DNA from: PVC group bacterium
GTDB taxonomy: Bacteria; Verrucomicrobiota; Kiritimatiellia; CAIKKV01; CAITUY01
Assembly (NCBI GenBank): GCA_945890715.1
Contig: CAMDCX010000006.1
Span: 3,497 to 67,496 of the forward strand
Reading direction: 5' to 3'
Length of the DNA stretch: 64,000 nucleotides
The notes beneath the pieces are model-generated. The model was given only the letters and a program-made list of their open reading frames with translations. It made no database searches and was not told where the DNA came from. The position numbers and the translations under genes are program-made. This document shows positions 53,411 to 63,060 of the stretch, piece after piece (the first letter of the stretch is position 1; each line of letters opens with the position of its first letter).

Positions 53411-54739
53411 ATGACCATGTCAGGGATATTCAAGGCTTATGATATCAGGGGAATTTACGGCACCAGTCTGAACGAGACTCTTGCTTGTGATATAGGCCGG
53501 GCTTTTGTGACCTTTCTGAAATGCAAAAAGGTGGTCATCGGTTATGACATGCGCCCCCATTCCAAGCCTCTTTTTGAATCCCTGTGCAAGGGCATTACCC
53601 AACAGGGGGCGGATGTCATCAACATTGGCCTGTGTTCGACTCCGATGTCCTACTATGCCAATGGGGCTCTTGGCGCAGACGCCAGTATCATGATTACCGC
53701 ATCCCACAATCCGGGTGAGTGGAACGGATTCAAGCTCTGTCGCGAGCAGGGCATTCCAATCAGCGGCGCCACCGGAATCAAGGATATCGAGCAGCTTGTT
53801 TTGACGAAATCATTTGCGGCCCCTGCTGCGAAAGCCGGTACGGTATCCACATACGACATTGTCCCAGCCTATGTGGCCCACGTTAAAAAGGCGGCGAAAC
53901 TCACGCGTCCGGTCCGAATTGCCGTGGATTTCGCGAACTCCATGGGAATTCTCGAAGCCAAATGTCTGGAAGGGATTCTCGATATGACCCGGCTTTACGA
54001 TACGCTGGACGGCACATTCCCCAACCATGAAGCCAATCCTCTGAATACGGAAACCCTTGCGGTACTTGAAAAAACAGTGCGGGAAGGGAAATATGATTTT
54101 GGCGTAGCTTTTGACGGCGATGCGGATCGGGCGGGTTTTGTGGATGAAAAGGGAACGATTGTTCCCATGGATATGATTACCGCCCTGATCGCCACCAGTA
54201 TCCTCGAACAGGAGAAGGGCGTGATCTTTTATGATCTGCGAAGCAGCTGGGCAGTGAAGGAAGTGATTGAAGCCAGTGGAGGAACCCCGATGATGAGCCG
54301 GGTGGGGCATGCCTTCATCAAGCAGCAGATGCGTGACAACAAAGCGATTTTTGCCGGCGAACTTTCGGGGCATTATTATTTCCGGGACAACTATACCACC
54401 GAGAGCTCAGCGATGGCCGTTCTCTATATTGCTAATGTCATTACCAAGACCGGCAAAACGCTGTCGGAATTAATCAAGCCCATCCAGCGATATTTCGCCA
54501 GCGGGGAAATTAATTCCGAAGTTCACAGCCCAAGCGCCGTACTGGACGCTATTCGAAAAAAATATAGTGATGGCAAACTTTTGGAATTGGATGGCATTAC
54601 GGTTGAATATGCCGACTGGTGGTTCAATGTGCGCTGCTCCAACACAGAACCCCTGGTGCGCCTGAATCTAGAGGCGAAAACAAAAACAGTCATGGATGCA
54701 CGCCGAAATGAACTGCTCGCGCTGATTCGCGGAACCTGA
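53411..54739 (+). CDS. phosphomannomutase/phosphoglucomutase
   Basis: Active-site loop ITASHNPGEWNGFK, metal loop FDGDADR, and GELSGHYYF. Confidence 0.9.
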   Translation: MTMSGIFKAYDIRGIYGTSLNETLACDIGRAFVTFLKCKKVVIGYDMRPHSKPLFESLCKGITQQGADVINIGLCSTPMSYYANGALGADASIMITASHNPGEWNGFKLCREQGIPISGATGIKDIEQLVLTKSFAAPAAKAGTVSTYDIVPAYVAHVKKAAKLTRPVRIAVDFANSMGILEAKCLEGILDMTRLYDTLDGTFPNHEANPLNTETLAVLEKTVREGKYDFGVAFDGDADRAGFVDEKGTIVPMDMITALIATSILEQEKGVIFYDLRSSWAVKEVIEASGGTPMMSRVGHAFIKQQMRDNKAIFAGELSGHYYFRDNYTTESSAMAVLYIANVITKTGKTLSELIKPIQRYFASGEINSEVHSPSAVLDAIRKKYSDGKLLELDGITVEYADWWFNVRCSNTEPLVRLNLEAKTKTVMDARRNELLALIRGT

Positions 54740-54785
54740 CCTCCGTGAACAGGGTCGTACACAATAGGGCAGGGGAGAAGTATCC

Positions 54786-56507
54786 ATGATAACGATGGAA
54801 GACATGCTTTCGACTGTGATGCGGAAAGCCTTCCAGAAGGCGTTTCCGGATATCGAGGCCGACTGGGTTGATGTAACGGTTGTGGCCACCACCAATGCGG
54901 AGTTCGGGGACTACCAATGTAATTATGCCATGGGTCTGGCGAAGTCATTGAAGAAACCTCCCCGTCAGATCGCTGAGACAGTTTTAAGTGCTACGGCAAA
55001 GCACGAGGCAATCGACAAAGTCACCCTTGCCGGGCCTGGATTCATCAATATCACATTGAGCACGGAATGGCTGACTCGCATGATGCTTGCGGTCGGTCGT
55101 GATGACCGGTGCGGCGTGCCGCAAGTGGGGAGTGGAAAGACTGTCATTCTGGACTATTCCAGCCCGAATGTCGCCAAACCCATGCATATCGGTCATATTC
55201 GATCCACTGTAATCGGAAATGCACTTGATCGGTTACACCGGTTCCTCGGGTACCGCGTTCTGGCCGACAACCATCTGGGCGACTGGGGGACGCAGTTTGG
55301 AATCATGATTATGGGATACCGCCATTTTGCTGATCCCGTAGCCTTGGACGAAAGCCCCGTTGAGGAGCTCGAACGCGTGTATGTTAAGAGCTATGAACAA
55401 TCCAAGCAGGACGAGACCTGGCTGAATCAAGCCCGGCAGGAACTGGTCAAGCTTCAGTCGGGCGATCCCGAGAATCGCCAATTGTGGCAACGTTTCATTG
55501 AGTTGAGCCTGACTGAATTCGATCACATTTATAAACGGCTTGATGTACAATTCGATCTGGTTCGAGGTGAAAGTTTTTATCATGACCGGCTTGCCGGAGT
55601 GGTGCAGGATTTGGTCGAAAAAGGACTGGCCCGTGAAAGCGATGGCGCGTTGGTGGCGTTTCTGGACGAAGAGAAGCTGCCTCCCTGTATTGTGAAAAAA
55701 AGTGACGGGGGATTCAACTACGCCACCACCGATCTGGCCACTATTGAGAGCAGGATTTCGGAATTCCATCCGGATAAAATCGTATATGTAACGGACGAGC
55801 GCCAGCAACTGCACTTCAAGCAGGTTTTTGCCCTGGCCCGGAAACGAGGCTGCGTCACCCGGCTTGAGCATGTTTGGTTCGGTCTGATGCGCCTTCCGGA
55901 AGGAACCTTCTCAACCCGGCAGGGTAATGTGATCAAGCTTGAGAAATATCTGGATGAGGCCGAGGCACGAGCCCTGATTATCGTAAAGGAAACCAGTCCA
56001 GACATGCCCGAAGCCCGTCAAAGGGACATCGCCCGCGCTGCCGGAATCGGCGGAGTAAAATATGCCGACTTGAGTCAGAATCCGCAGAGTCTGGTGACCT
56101 TCAGCTGGGAAAAGGCACTGGCTTTGGATGGCAATTCAGCGCCGTATCTGCAGTATGCCTATGCTCGCATCGCCAGTGTCCAGGATAAGTTCAAGGATCA
56201 ATTCCCGGGAGTCGATCTTGCGAAATTCTCAATCAGCCTCGAACACCCCATTGAGCGCACCTTGGCTGTGATGATCCTTCAGTTTCCTGAACTGGTAATT
56301 CGTGCCACCGAGAGCTATAAGCCCAGCGTTCTGGCTGATTATCTGTACGGCCTGTCATCAGCCTACAGCACCTTTTACCAAAATGTTCCCTTTCTTAAAG
56401 CACCCGAAGGAATCCGGGAGAGCCGCGTCAATCTTTGCTCGATTGTGGCCCGAATCTTGAGACAAGGGTTGAATCTCATGGGGATTGAGACGCCTGACCG
56501 GATTTAA
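54786..56507 (+). CDS. argS: arginine--tRNA ligase
   Basis: HIGH-type motif PMHIGHIRSTVIGN, a class I anticodon-binding C-terminus, and 573 aa. Confidence 0.9.
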   Translation: MITMEDMLSTVMRKAFQKAFPDIEADWVDVTVVATTNAEFGDYQCNYAMGLAKSLKKPPRQIAETVLSATAKHEAIDKVTLAGPGFINITLSTEWLTRMMLAVGRDDRCGVPQVGSGKTVILDYSSPNVAKPMHIGHIRSTVIGNALDRLHRFLGYRVLADNHLGDWGTQFGIMIMGYRHFADPVALDESPVEELERVYVKSYEQSKQDETWLNQARQELVKLQSGDPENRQLWQRFIELSLTEFDHIYKRLDVQFDLVRGESFYHDRLAGVVQDLVEKGLARESDGALVAFLDEEKLPPCIVKKSDGGFNYATTDLATIESRISEFHPDKIVYVTDERQQLHFKQVFALARKRGCVTRLEHVWFGLMRLPEGTFSTRQGNVIKLEKYLDEAEARALIIVKETSPDMPEARQRDIARAAGIGGVKYADLSQNPQSLVTFSWEKALALDGNSAPYLQYAYARIASVQDKFKDQFPGVDLAKFSISLEHPIERTLAVMILQFPELVIRATESYKPSVLADYLYGLSSAYSTFYQNVPFLKAPEGIRESRVNLCSIVARILRQGLNLMGIETPDRI

Positions 56508-56539
56508 GATCCTGCGAACATGCAGACATCCAGCATGGC

Positions 56540-56568
56540 GTTGACTTGCCTGGCACGGTATGCGATAG
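56540..56568 (+). promoter_or_regulatory. sigma70-like promoter candidate upstream of the zinc-ribbon gene and rnpB
   Basis: TTGACT (56540-56545), a 17-nt spacer, then GATAGT (56563-56568). Same TTGACT-N17-xATAGT form as the ech candidate. Confidence 0.3.
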
Positions 56569-56609
56569 TGCCATCCGATTTTTCCAATGACCGGCTGCGG
56601 GAGGCCTAT

Positions 56610-57308
56610 ATGACGCCGTTGATCGAGAAACTGTTAATTCTTCAGGATCGTGACCTGAGGATTTTGAAATTTGAAAAAGAGTTGGCTGACATTCCTTTGC
56701 GAAAGGCTGCGATTGATTCCATGCTGGACGATCACCGTCAGGCCGTCCTAAAGGCAAAGGAGATTCTTAAGGGTCGCCAGGCCGAAATCAAGAAAGCTGA
56801 GCTGGAAATTGAGTCATTCCGGGAAAAAATCAGAAAATACCGGGATCAGCAAATGCAACTCAAGAATAATCAGGAATTTCGCGCCATGGAAAAGGAAATT
56901 GAGGGCGTGACAAAATCGATCCGCCAAATGGAAGACCGTATTCTGGAAATCATGGAGACCGTGGAGGCGGCTCAATCGGATGTCAAGGTCTGCGAAGAAT
57001 CCTTTAAAGCCGAGGAAAACAGCGTCAAGCACGAGATTGTTGCGATTGATGTTCGTGCCAATGACATCAACACCGAACTCGAGGATGTCAAAAAAGCAAG
57101 AGCCTTGCTGGCGAGCGAGTTGGATGCCACGAGGATTGCCCAATATGACCGTATGTTCAGAAACAAAAAGGACAAGGTCTTGGTGGCCGTTGAGGATAAC
57201 GGGACATGCGGCGGATGCCATATGAAGCTACCGCCGTACATTTGTCACGATGCAAGAAAGCAGTTGGAAGTAGTCGCATGCGGTTATTGCGGACGGATGC
57301 TGTACTAG
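56610..57308 (+). CDS. coiled-coil zinc-ribbon protein (COG1579/DUF164-like)
   Basis: Long coiled coil, then C-terminal CGGCHMKLP...CGYCGRMLY. Start set at MTPLIEKLL. Confidence 0.75.
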   Translation: MTPLIEKLLILQDRDLRILKFEKELADIPLRKAAIDSMLDDHRQAVLKAKEILKGRQAEIKKAELEIESFREKIRKYRDQQMQLKNNQEFRAMEKEIEGVTKSIRQMEDRILEIMETVEAAQSDVKVCEESFKAEENSVKHEIVAIDVRANDINTELEDVKKARALLASELDATRIAQYDRMFRNKKDKVLVAVEDNGTCGGCHMKLPPYICHDARKQLEVVACGYCGRMLY

Positions 57309-57319
57309 GTGTTGATATG

Positions 57320-57709
57320 GAAAGGCAGGGGGCGATTGGTCGCTCCGGTCTCAGCGCAAGCGGGCCGGAGAGGAAAGTCCGGACTCCACAGGGCGGAATG
57401 CCGGTGCCTAATAAGCCCGGGGACTTCTCCTTAAAGGGAAGTCACGGATAGTGCCACAGAGACGATACCGCCCCAATGAAGCCGAAAGGCCTGTTGAGGT
57501 AAGGGTGAAAAGGTGGTGTAAGAGACCACCGGGCGGAAAGTAATGACCGCCGCATGGCAAACCCCATTCGGAGCAAGATCAAATAGGAAACCTGAGGTAG
57601 CCCGCCTCGTGTTGTCGTGAAAGCGGCGCGCGGTTTCGGGTTGATCGCTTAGACAAATGACTGATCCCGTTCGCGGGAAACATAATCCGGCTTATGCCCC
57701 CTGCCTTTC
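57320..57709 (+). ncRNA. rnpB: RNase P RNA, bacterial type A
   Basis: A 13-bp P1 stem pairs GAAAGGCAGGGGG (57320-57332) with CCCCCTGCCTTTC (57697-57709). Universal P4 elements GAGGAAAGTCCGGACTCCACAGGGC and ACATAATCCGGCTTATG are present. AGGGTGAAAAGGTGGTGTAAGAGACCACC is typical of P10-P12. Confidence 0.9.
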
Positions 57710-58587
57710 AATATCAAACTCCACTCCGGCTTCTGATCGGAACCACTGTAGCGGCAAGCGTTTTGCTTGCGGGTTTTTATGCCCGCACGTGGAACCAATC
57801 AAAAAGAGTTGCCCATGGATTGGAAACTGCGACCACTCCACTAAGCCTGCCCTTTGTTCCGATTCCCGAAACGAATTGGATGTCCCTTCACTATCGCATG
57901 GGGAAACAGCCAGACGGTTCGACGATTCGTGAGACCCCGAATCGTTACCGTCTGGCGGGGACATTCTTTATTGAAGGGGCAGGGGAGCTTCGGCGAAAGG
58001 CGATTGTGGATTCTCTCTTGAAGCGTGAACAGTTCATTGTAAGTGAGGGCGATTCGCTTGATGATTTGATCGTGGATAAAATTTATTATGATCGTGCGAC
58101 ACTGAGAGGTCCCTCGGGAAGTTTCGATATCTGGATTGAGTTTTCCACCAAGACCGACCCAACGAATTCCGGCACGACCAATACGCCCGTTATGGTCGTC
58201 TCGGGGCAAACCAACAAATTCGGGTGTGTCAAAATCCAGGAGAACCGGTGGAAGTTTAGTCGTAAACCGCTGTTAGACTATTATCAGGAATTACTTGATG
58301 AGCCTAATCGGATGGTCACGGTCTTTGACACCATGAAGCCTGTCCGGGATGAGAGGAATAAAATATCCGGATATGTAGTGGGCATTGAAGGCGAAAAGGA
58401 GTTCTTTGATGCCGTCGGACTTCGCCAGGGCGATATTGTTCGAACCGTCAATTCTCTTCCAATGACCAATCGTCGACGAGCAGAAGCCTTTATTGATCAA
58501 TTTCTCAAAGATCAAATGAATGCTGTTGTTCTTGAGGTCGAGCGGGACGGAAAAGCGACCAAGCAGATCTATCAGATGCAGCCCTAA
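57694..58587 (+). CDS. membrane-anchored PDZ-domain protein, GspC-like
   Basis: N-terminal TM (LLIGTTVAASVLLAGFY) and a C-terminal PDZ-like segment (AVGLRQGDIVRTVNSLPM). The only in-frame ATG that keeps the TM helix lies inside rnpB P1. Confidence 0.45.
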   Translation: MPPAFQYQTPLRLLIGTTVAASVLLAGFYARTWNQSKRVAHGLETATTPLSLPFVPIPETNWMSLHYRMGKQPDGSTIRETPNRYRLAGTFFIEGAGELRRKAIVDSLLKREQFIVSEGDSLDDLIVDKIYYDRATLRGPSGSFDIWIEFSTKTDPTNSGTTNTPVMVVSGQTNKFGCVKIQENRWKFSRKPLLDYYQELLDEPNRMVTVFDTMKPVRDERNKISGYVVGIEGEKEFFDAVGLRQGDIVRTVNSLPMTNRRRAEAFIDQFLKDQMNAVVLEVERDGKATKQIYQMQP

Positions 58588-58778
58588 TCAGGGATATCAG
58601 CCTTGATCATAAGTCGCTATTAAAGACGGGTTCGCTGTTTATCCTAAAGTCTGCATATTGACTGAAAATCACACAATCCCTTTATAATCATGCTTTCCAG
58701 CATCCTTGTAGTAGACATAAGATATATTATGCGACGTTGTTTATAACCTGCATAGGGCTGTTGAAAGGATTGGTTTGG

Positions 58779-59930
58779 CTAATTCTTTCGCGCCTTCTTG
58801 ACCTCGGCGGCATAGCTATCGAATCCCTCGCGGGTTCCGACCATCTGAACTCCCACCGGAACCCCCTCCTTGATGACCAGGGCTCGTATCAGGGTCTCCG
58901 TAGAACCATCGAGAAGGTGCTCCTCAACCCCCGGCGAAGCGGTTTCCCCAATCGAATAGATCTCAAAGTCTTTGGATCGGAAAGACAGAGGAATGGTTTC
59001 AGGAACATACCGCTGACCAGTCGTTCCTTCGATACTGGAAATCAGGTTGAGTGCCGCTAGTTTTCCCTGTGCAGTCGATTCTTTCATCGAACACCGGGTA
59101 ATGCCCTCAAATTGAATAACATCACCTGCCGCATAGCAACCCGGTACCGGAGTTTTAAGAAATTCATCCACGATCATCCCGCGCTCACAGGGCAATTTTG
59201 CCGATGCGGCCAGAGCTTTATCAGGTCTGGCTCCGATCGAAACAAGACACAACTCCGCATCACAAGACTCGCCATTGGCGAGTTCCAACGTAACCTTGTC
59301 TGCCTTCCTGATCGCCCCGGAAATGCCGCTTCCCAACAGGACGCGGATTCCTTTTTCCTCTAACCGGCGGAGAAGGGCGCATGACGCCCGTGATCCAAAC
59401 TGGATCGGCATTAACCGGTTCATTAATTCAATGATGCAAACCTCCATGCCGGCTTCAATGGCATGCAGTGCAGCCTCAATTCCCAGAATCCCTCCACCCA
59501 CAATCACCAGGCGCGAGCCTTTCCGGATCCTTTTACGGATTTCCAAGGCGTGGGTGATGTTCCAAAGCGGCATCACGAATTCCCCTCCATCCCGTGAAAA
59601 ATCAGGCATTACAGGAACACCTCCGGATGCCATTATAAGACCGTCAAACGGCTCGGTTCCTGATGCAGTCGAAACTTGTTTTTTTAAAGGGTCGATGGCC
59701 AACACAGGAGTATTGAGACGCAATTCGATTTTAGCCTGCTCATACCAGGACAATGGTTTTATTTGAATGGCTGAAAAATCGACCTGGCCAAAGGCCAGAG
59801 CAACGAGTCGTGGCCTGTAATAAGGCAAAACCTGCTCTCCAGAGAACACCACCACCGAGGCTCCTTTTTCCGAAGCAACCCTTGCCGCCTCAACGCCGGC
59901 ATGGCCGGCGCCGATGATTCCGATTCTCAT
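58779..59930 (-). CDS. FAD/NAD(P)-dependent pyridine nucleotide-disulfide oxidoreductase family protein
   Basis: MRIGIIGAGHAGVEAA dinucleotide fold, a second Rossmann motif LVIVGGGILGIEAA, and AAGDV. Start set at 59930, overlapping the tyrA stop. Confidence 0.8.
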   Translation of the reverse strand: MRIGIIGAGHAGVEAARVASEKGASVVVFSGEQVLPYYRPRLVALAFGQVDFSAIQIKPLSWYEQAKIELRLNTPVLAIDPLKKQVSTASGTEPFDGLIMASGGVPVMPDFSRDGGEFVMPLWNITHALEIRKRIRKGSRLVIVGGGILGIEAALHAIEAGMEVCIIELMNRLMPIQFGSRASCALLRRLEEKGIRVLLGSGISGAIRKADKVTLELANGESCDAELCLVSIGARPDKALAASAKLPCERGMIVDEFLKTPVPGCYAAGDVIQFEGITRCSMKESTAQGKLAALNLISSIEGTTGQRYVPETIPLSFRSKDFEIYSIGETASPGVEEHLLDGSTETLIRALVIKEGVPVGVQMVGTREGFDSYAAEVKKARKN

Positions 59931-60829
59931 ACAACGCCCCTGCTCTGCCCGGCCTTGTCGGATCCTGTCCCGAGTAATTGACCACGAGTATATCGCGCCT
60001 TTTCCAAACAATTCAAAATTCCAGCATAATCCTCTTTTTCAATCAGGCCGATCAACTCCCCGAGGGCGTCTTGATACTGACGAAGTTCCCCAAGGATGGC
60101 CGTTCGATTGCTTTTGACAATATCGTGCCACATGGCAGGTGATCCGCCCGCAATACGGGTTGTATCCCGAAACCCGGGTCCAAAGAACATGGGGAGTCCC
60201 TTGTTTTGTGGAGTGCGTCCAGCGGTCGACACCAGCAAGGCGGAGATTAAATGGGGAAGATGACTTGTTTTTGCCACCAAAACATCGTGTTCATCAGGAT
60301 TCAATCGTACCACCCTTGCCCCCACCCCACCCCACAGGGCCATAATGCTCTGAATTCCCGTTTCCGGTGTTTCCAACCCCGGAGTTACGGCGGTTACGGC
60401 TCCCTCATACAGGTCGGTTCGGGCAGCATCCAGGCCGCTTTTTTCAGATCCCGCCATCGGGTGACTTCCCACAAAGACGATGGTCGTATCCCGGAAAAGC
60501 GAATTCATGTCCCGCACAAGTTCAGCTTTGGTGCTGCCGACATCCGTCACCACACAGCCCGGCTCAAAGGACGTCATGCACTCCTTCGCGAGTTTCGGCA
60601 TGGCGCACACCGGTGTGCAAAAAACGGCCACGTCCGCGCCCTGCAGCGCTGCTTGAGGCGTATCATAAACGGCATCCGTGGCGCCCATATCCAGAGCCAA
60701 TTTCCGGGTTTCCGCACGACGCGCATAGGCGCTCACATGCGCCAAGCCCAACCGTTTCAAGGCTAGGCCGAGTGATCCCCCCATCAACCCTAATCCAACA
60801 ATGGCAACACGTTTCATGGTCGATATCAC
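59927..60829 (-). CDS. tyrA: prephenate dehydrogenase
   Basis: VAIVGLGLMGGSLGLAL NAD fold, GSHPMAG motif, and context with pheA/hisC. Confidence 0.85.
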   Translation of the reverse strand: MISTMKRVAIVGLGLMGGSLGLALKRLGLAHVSAYARRAETRKLALDMGATDAVYDTPQAALQGADVAVFCTPVCAMPKLAKECMTSFEPGCVVTDVGSTKAELVRDMNSLFRDTTIVFVGSHPMAGSEKSGLDAARTDLYEGAVTAVTPGLETPETGIQSIMALWGGVGARVVRLNPDEHDVLVAKTSHLPHLISALLVSTAGRTPQNKGLPMFFGPGFRDTTRIAGGSPAMWHDIVKSNRTAILGELRQYQDALGELIGLIEKEDYAGILNCLEKARYTRGQLLGTGSDKAGQSRGVV

Positions 60830-60839
60830 CTTTTAGAAA

Positions 60840-61955
60840 TTAGCGGGAAGTGACCACCTTTAAAGCGGCTTTCAGGACACTCAGGCAACGCCGGTTCTCG
60901 GCACGGGTACCTACCGTAATCCGGATATAATCCGGCATGCCGTAGGGATCCATGGGCCGGACAATAACACCCGCCCGTTGCATACTGTCAAACACCTGGC
61001 GCCCCGCCCCCACTTTTACCAATACGAAATTGGCGGAAGAGGGCACATAGTCCAGTTTCATTTTTCGGAATGAATTCTCAAAAAAGTCCAATCCTTCCCG
61101 CATCATCAGTCTGGTTTTGGCCACATACTCGTCATCCTCCAAGGCCGCCATCGCTGCGGCTTGAGCCATTGCCGTGGTATTGAAAGGCTGTCGAACCCGC
61201 TGCATCAATGCGATACAGTCCTCAGGGGCTATGGCGTACCCTAACCGCAGTCCTGCAAGGCCATAGGTCTTGGAGAAAGTGCGCAAGACGATTACCTTGC
61301 GTCCCTCTCGGACATAGCGGAGGCAGTCGGGTTGGTCTTCGGGTTGAAGCAGTTCAATGTAGGCCTCATCAAACACAACCACCACATGTTCGGGAACTCG
61401 ACTCATAAAAGTATCGAGCGCCGCCTGATTCACCATGGTGCCCGTTGGGTTATTGGGGTTGGCAACAAACACAACACGGGTCTCGGGCGTAATCGCCTGA
61501 AGCATAGCCTCCAGGTCATGAGTAAAGTTTTTCATCGGAACCATGACGGTGCGGGCTCGAAACAGGTCGGCAACCAGTTTGTAAACCACAAAGGCCTTAT
61601 CGGCCATAATGATCCCTGTGGAGGCATCCAGGAAAACATGACCTATAAATTCAATCAACTCGTTGCTACCCGTTCCGGTAATGAGCTGACTTGGTGAAAC
61701 ATTCAATTTTTGACTCAAAGCCTGCCGCAAATAAAATGCGCCTCCATCGGGATAGAGATGCATCTGGCGCGCCGCTTTTTTCATGGCCGCAACCGCCTTT
61801 GGAGAGGGGCCCAGTGCGTTTTCGTTCGAGGCTAATTTAACGATATCAGCGGAATTTTGAAACCCCAACTCCCGGGCTACTTCCTCGATGGGACGGCCTG
61901 GCTCATAGACCCCGAGCCCTGAAACCCAGGGGCGCGCAAGTTCCTTGAATGTCAT
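60840..61955 (-). CDS. hisC: histidinol-phosphate / aromatic aminotransferase (class II)
   Basis: LASNENALGPSP and the PLP-lysine region TFSKTYGLAGLRLGY. Start set at MTFKELARPW. Confidence 0.85.
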   Translation of the reverse strand: MTFKELARPWVSGLGVYEPGRPIEEVARELGFQNSADIVKLASNENALGPSPKAVAAMKKAARQMHLYPDGGAFYLRQALSQKLNVSPSQLITGTGSNELIEFIGHVFLDASTGIIMADKAFVVYKLVADLFRARTVMVPMKNFTHDLEAMLQAITPETRVVFVANPNNPTGTMVNQAALDTFMSRVPEHVVVVFDEAYIELLQPEDQPDCLRYVREGRKVIVLRTFSKTYGLAGLRLGYAIAPEDCIALMQRVRQPFNTTAMAQAAAMAALEDDEYVAKTRLMMREGLDFFENSFRKMKLDYVPSSANFVLVKVGAGRQVFDSMQRAGVIVRPMDPYGMPDYIRITVGTRAENRRCLSVLKAALKVVTSR

Positions 61956-61989
61956 GATAATCCTCTTTTGTATGTATTTCGGATGCTTG

Positions 61990-63060
61990 TTATGTCCTGT
62001 CTGCAGCAGGATAGGATCCCAGAACCGTAATGAGGGCGCAATGACGCGCAATATCCGTCATCGCTCTTTTGACTCGCGCATCCTCGGCATGGCCCTCGAC
62101 GTCCACAAAAAAGTAGTACTCCCACCGTTTGCTGCGGCTTGGTCGTGATTCAATCTTTGTCATGTTCAGGCCAAATTTCTTAAACGATTCCAGAGCCCCG
62201 TAAAGGGCGCCTGCCTTGTGCTGAACCGCGAATAACAAAGATGTTTTGTCGTCTCCAGAAGGCGCATTCTGATCATGCCCGACCACCAGGAACCGGGTCG
62301 TATTTCCGCTCATGTCCTGGACATCTGATTCCAGACTATCGAGCCCGTAGATTTCAGCAGCCAACTGGCTCGACAAAGCCCCTGCATTTTTTTCCTGTGC
62401 CGCCAGTTCTGCAGCACGAGCCGTGCTCGCCACAGGAATGATCTCCACGCCGGACATCTCGCGTTGGAGCCATTGTCGACATTGCCCGAGAACCTGAGGG
62501 TGACTGTACAGTTTTTTAATCCGTTCCCGGGGGACGCGTGCCAGCAGACTATTCGAGATGGGAAGATAGAGTTCCGCGCAAATTCTCAAGGATGTCTCGG
62601 CCAGCCGATCCAAAGTAAAGGTTACAGCCCCCTCCGTGGAGTTTTCAACTGGAACCACCCCGTAATCAGCCGTTTCCTTTTCAACGGAATCAAAAACGTC
62701 ACTAATGGTTTCACAGGAATAATATTCCACGCTTCCCCCGAACCGGCTTCTTGCCGCCTGATGCGAAAAGGTGGACGGCGGCCCCAGATAAGCCACCTTG
62801 AGTTTTTTCTCCAAAGAAAGGGCGGCAGACATAATTTCCCGATAGATTGCGCGAAGCGATTTGTCGGACAAAGGACCTTTATTAGACGAAACAACCCGGG
62901 CGAAGACAGCTTTTTCACGAGCCGGGGCATAGACTCCCTTTCCGCTCTTTTGCTTAAGCTTTCCAATCTCAAGCGCTTGACGGGTACGCTCATTCAGCAG
63001 CTTGACAAGTCTGGTATCAATACTGTCGATTTTGCTTCGCAAAATTTCCAGGGTCATCAT
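61990..63060 (-). CDS. pheA: bifunctional chorismate mutase / prephenate dehydratase
   Basis: N-terminal CM domain (LRSKIDSIDTRLVKLLNER), PDT domain (VAYLGPPSTFSHQAA, ENSTEGAV) and C-terminal ACT domain (TKIESRPS). Confidence 0.9.
   Translation of the reverse strand: MMTLEILRSKIDSIDTRLVKLLNERTRQALEIGKLKQKSGKGVYAPAREKAVFARVVSSNKGPLSDKSLRAIYREIMSAALSLEKKLKVAYLGPPSTFSHQAARSRFGGSVEYYSCETISDVFDSVEKETADYGVVPVENSTEGAVTFTLDRLAETSLRICAELYLPISNSLLARVPRERIKKLYSHPQVLGQCRQWLQREMSGVEIIPVASTARAAELAAQEKNAGALSSQLAAEIYGLDSLESDVQDMSGNTTRFLVVGHDQNAPSGDDKTSLLFAVQHKAGALYGALESFKKFGLNMTKIESRPSRSKRWEYYFFVDVEGHAEDARVKRAMTDIARHCALITVLGSYPAADRT

Noticed and set aside
58658-58688. TTGACT...TATAAT promoter-like pair in the convergent gap after the PDZ-protein gene.
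   Set aside because: The spacer is 19 nt. The only thing downstream is the antisense strand of the oxidoreductase gene, along with a weak TTG-initiated ORF. The AT-rich gap makes chance matches likely.
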